Shown here: piece by piece, positions 63,178 through 64,000 of the stretch
Position numbering within the stretch: position 1 is the first letter of the stretch
Layout: each line of letters begins with the position of its first letter
Source: Candidatus Brocadiia bacterium
GTDB lineage: Bacteria > Planctomycetota > Brocadiia > CAIUPP01
NCBI GenBank assembly: GCA_050015075.1
Contig: JBEKCB010000003.1
Coordinates: 32,001-96,000 of the forward strand
Direction of reading: 5' to 3'
Length of the DNA: 64,000 bases
Notes under the pieces: model-generated
The model's database searches: none
The model's input: only the letters and a program-made list of their open reading frames with translations
Told to the model about the DNA's origin: nothing
Translations under genes and position numbers: made by a program

Positions 63178-64000
63178 TTACTGTGTGTAGCCGAGGCTTT
63201 TCAGGCGCCTGATGAGGTCCGCATCCGGCTCCTTCGATTTCGTCGCCTTGACCTCGGCGATCGGGGCCGGGCCCTCCGTCAAGGCTCGGAGCGCAGTCTC
63301 CGGACAGTCTTTCTTCAGGTCCGCATCGGCGATGACCTTCTCGCGGCCGCCGGCCACTTCTTCCAGTTGGGCGCCGTCGAGCGTTCCCTTCATCGAGCCC
63401 AGAAGTTTACGATTGTCCCAGCGAACCGCTCTCAAGTAAAACCCGTTGTACGCCAGCTCGCTGTAGATCAGGCGATCGGGGATCGGCTGATCGCTCAGAA
63501 TCACCGGCGACAGATCAATCCCTTGAATCTGCGACGGGCCTGCCAGATGGAGAAGCCCCAGCGCCGTCGGCATCAAGTCAACGTGGCTCACGTTTCCGGC
63601 CACGCGCTTGCCGGCGGGGATCACGCCCGGCAGCCGCATGATCAGCGGCACATGAAGCGCCTCTTCGTACAGGCTGTTGCCATGGGCGAACCGCCCATGC
63701 TCAAGAAATGCCTCGCCATGATCGGACAACACGATCACCAGCGTCTTCTCGGAAAGCCGCAAGTCCTGAAGAAGTTGAAGGACCTTGCCGACATGCTCGT
63801 CCGTGAAGGCGATTCCCCCGTCGTAGAGGGCCACCAGATGCGCCAGGTCCATGACCGAGATATGCGCAATCTTGTCGGCCGGCCAGGAGGCGATGGTCTG
63901 GCCGTTCTCTTTGCCCTTGTAGCCGGGGTCGAATTTCTCGTTGAACGGCGCGGGCGCAATATAGTCGCCGTGGCAGTCAAAATAGTGCAGGAAGAGGAAG
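63178..64000 (-). CDS. Sulfatase-family protein (5' part outside window)
   Basis: FLFLHYFDCHGDY, LYDGGI.FTD, SDHGEAF.EHG...HG.SLYEE.LHVPLI, LKSLGY; the frame is open to the window edge. Confidence 0.88.
   Translation of the reverse strand, partial: FLFLHYFDCHGDYIAPAPFNEKFDPGYKGKENGQTIASWPADKIAHISVMDLAHLVALYDGGIAFTDEHVGKVLQLLQDLRLSEKTLVIVLSDHGEAFLEHGRFAHGNSLYEEALHVPLIMRLPGVIPAGKRVAGNVSHVDLMPTALGLLHLAGPSQIQGIDLSPVILSDQPIPDRLIYSELAYNGFYLRAVRWDNRKLLGSMKGTLDGAQLEEVAGGREKVIADADLKKDCPETALRALTEGPAPIAEVKATKSKEPDADLIRRLKSLGYTQ

Overview
High-GC bacterial chromosomal window, most likely from Planctomycetota, inferred from SpoVG with a zinc-ribbon insert, tandem prepilin/H-X9-DG (DUF1559-type) genes and UroD-like paralogs. 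I saw no rRNA, tRNA, CRISPR array, transposase or integrase. Housekeeping genes (proA, aroA, hflX, scpB, pdxB, RluA-family synthase, rhamnulokinase, PPIase, MacAB-TolC-type efflux) are interleaved with accessory loci. The most notable observations are: (1) an apparently self-regulated operon (25630-31078, - strand) encoding a membrane protein, a winged-helix regulator, a Cys-rich small protein, a cis-prenyltransferase, a B12-dependent radical SAM enzyme and a membrane-anchored linalool-dehydratase-like barrel protein, a candidate undescribed isoprenoid-lipid modification system; (2) an MscS channel fused to a ParB/Srx-type domain; (3) an orphan ~115-nt structured RNA candidate with its own sigma70 promoter and terminator; (4) a general-stress micro-protein cluster behind two sigma54 promoters with identically spaced palindromic enhancers, including an unannotated His/Asp-rich lipopeptide; (5) a bacterial Tam41-like nucleotidyltransferase; (6) three paralogous secreted helical-barrel proteins; (7) several REP/MITE-like palindromes, one apparently inserted in frame in a gene. 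All functional calls come from motif recognition by eye; no database search was run.
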